DNA of 64,000 nt from NCBI GenBank assembly GCA_021815445.1, contig JAKAGM010000001.1:3447-67446 (forward strand), read 5' to 3'. The stretch is from a bacterium (GTDB taxonomy: Bacteria; Patescibacteriota; Patescibacteriia; UBA10025). The position numbers were made by a program, and so were the translations under genes. Below are positions 63,805 to 64,000 of this stretch, in pieces. Numbering within the stretch: the stretch's first letter is position 1; the number at the start of each line of letters is the position of its first letter. The notes below the pieces were generated by a model. That model was not told the DNA's origin. It did no database searches and was given only the letters and a program-made list of their open reading frames with translations.

Positions 63805-64000
63805 CTTATTTATTAAGTCCACCAGTTTGAGCTGGTGAATTAGTTTTTATAGTATTAGACTGTGAGCGTCGCTGTGACTTGGAAGAAAGAAAATAACTGC
63901 CCCTCCGGGGCGGGCTCCACTTTTCTTTGCTCGTCCAAAAAAAAGTGGAGAGAAAAGAAAAGACGTCGCGGCGCAAACTCGGCCGTTTGGTCTATATCAT

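Noticed and set aside
1-64000. A search for CRISPR arrays, rRNA genes and further tRNAs.
   Set aside because: I saw no regularly spaced direct repeats. I recognised no 16S, 23S or 5S conserved blocks. The only complete cloverleaf I could fold by eye is tRNA-Asp, and the other T-loop-like strings belong to tmRNA or to degenerate fragments.
63841-64000. The hairpin ctccactttt...aaaagtggag and an A/G-rich tract at the end of the window.
   Set aside because: It is truncated by the window edge, and no function can be assigned from the visible part.

Overview
This 64-kb chromosomal window reads like a small-genome monoderm bacterium of the Candidate Phyla Radiation/Patescibacteria type. That placement is an inference from gene content: many single-TM surface proteins with Asn-rich linkers, a split ComEC, FbaB plus GlpX, NrdJ, and no biosynthetic operons. 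The genetic code is standard, because RF2 is present with the classic +1 frameshift at CTT TGA C.

Core genes are ybeY-dgkA, ftsA-ftsZ, nrdR-nrdJ, glnA, prfB, comEC, fbaB, glpX, malQ, infC(ATT start)-rpmI-rplT, smpB plus tmRNA, argS, ileS, recO, pit plus a DUF47 gene, and one tRNA-Asp. I found no rRNA and no CRISPR array.

Regulatory elements read directly from the sequence:
- Two NrdR boxes sit inside a near-consensus promoter upstream of nrdR.
- A cobalamin riboswitch with a competing terminator and antiterminator precedes a DUF4430 gene and a small membrane-protein gene.
- Several TTGACA-type promoters and intrinsic terminators are present.

Unusual content:
1. A 26-bp GTTAAC-centred palindrome occurs four times in intergenic regions. 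It could be the operator of the adjacent TrpR/YerC-like regulator, or a REP element linked to the solitary RAYT transposase.
2. A radical-SAM/SPASM operon ends in an unannotated 34-codon ORF. It is followed by an operon encoding an AstE/AspA-like deacylase, a GSP-synthase-like ATP-grasp ligase and an unknown protein.
3. An uncharacterised cluster next to the RAYT gene encodes an SPFH protein, a helical protein, a TM protein, and a polytopic membrane protein with dockerin-like and PA-IL-like modules.
4. A secreted M23 protein carries a Bacteroidota-type T9SS C-terminal sorting domain, which does not fit a monoderm host.
5. A perfect 140-bp direct repeat gives two adjacent surface-protein genes an identical 5' module.
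6. The tRNA-Asp locus has a 20-bp leader-trailer helix and degenerate partial tRNA copies.
7. A tRNA-Pro-like half molecule lies in the argS leader.

All functional calls rest on motif recognition by eye. No database search was run.
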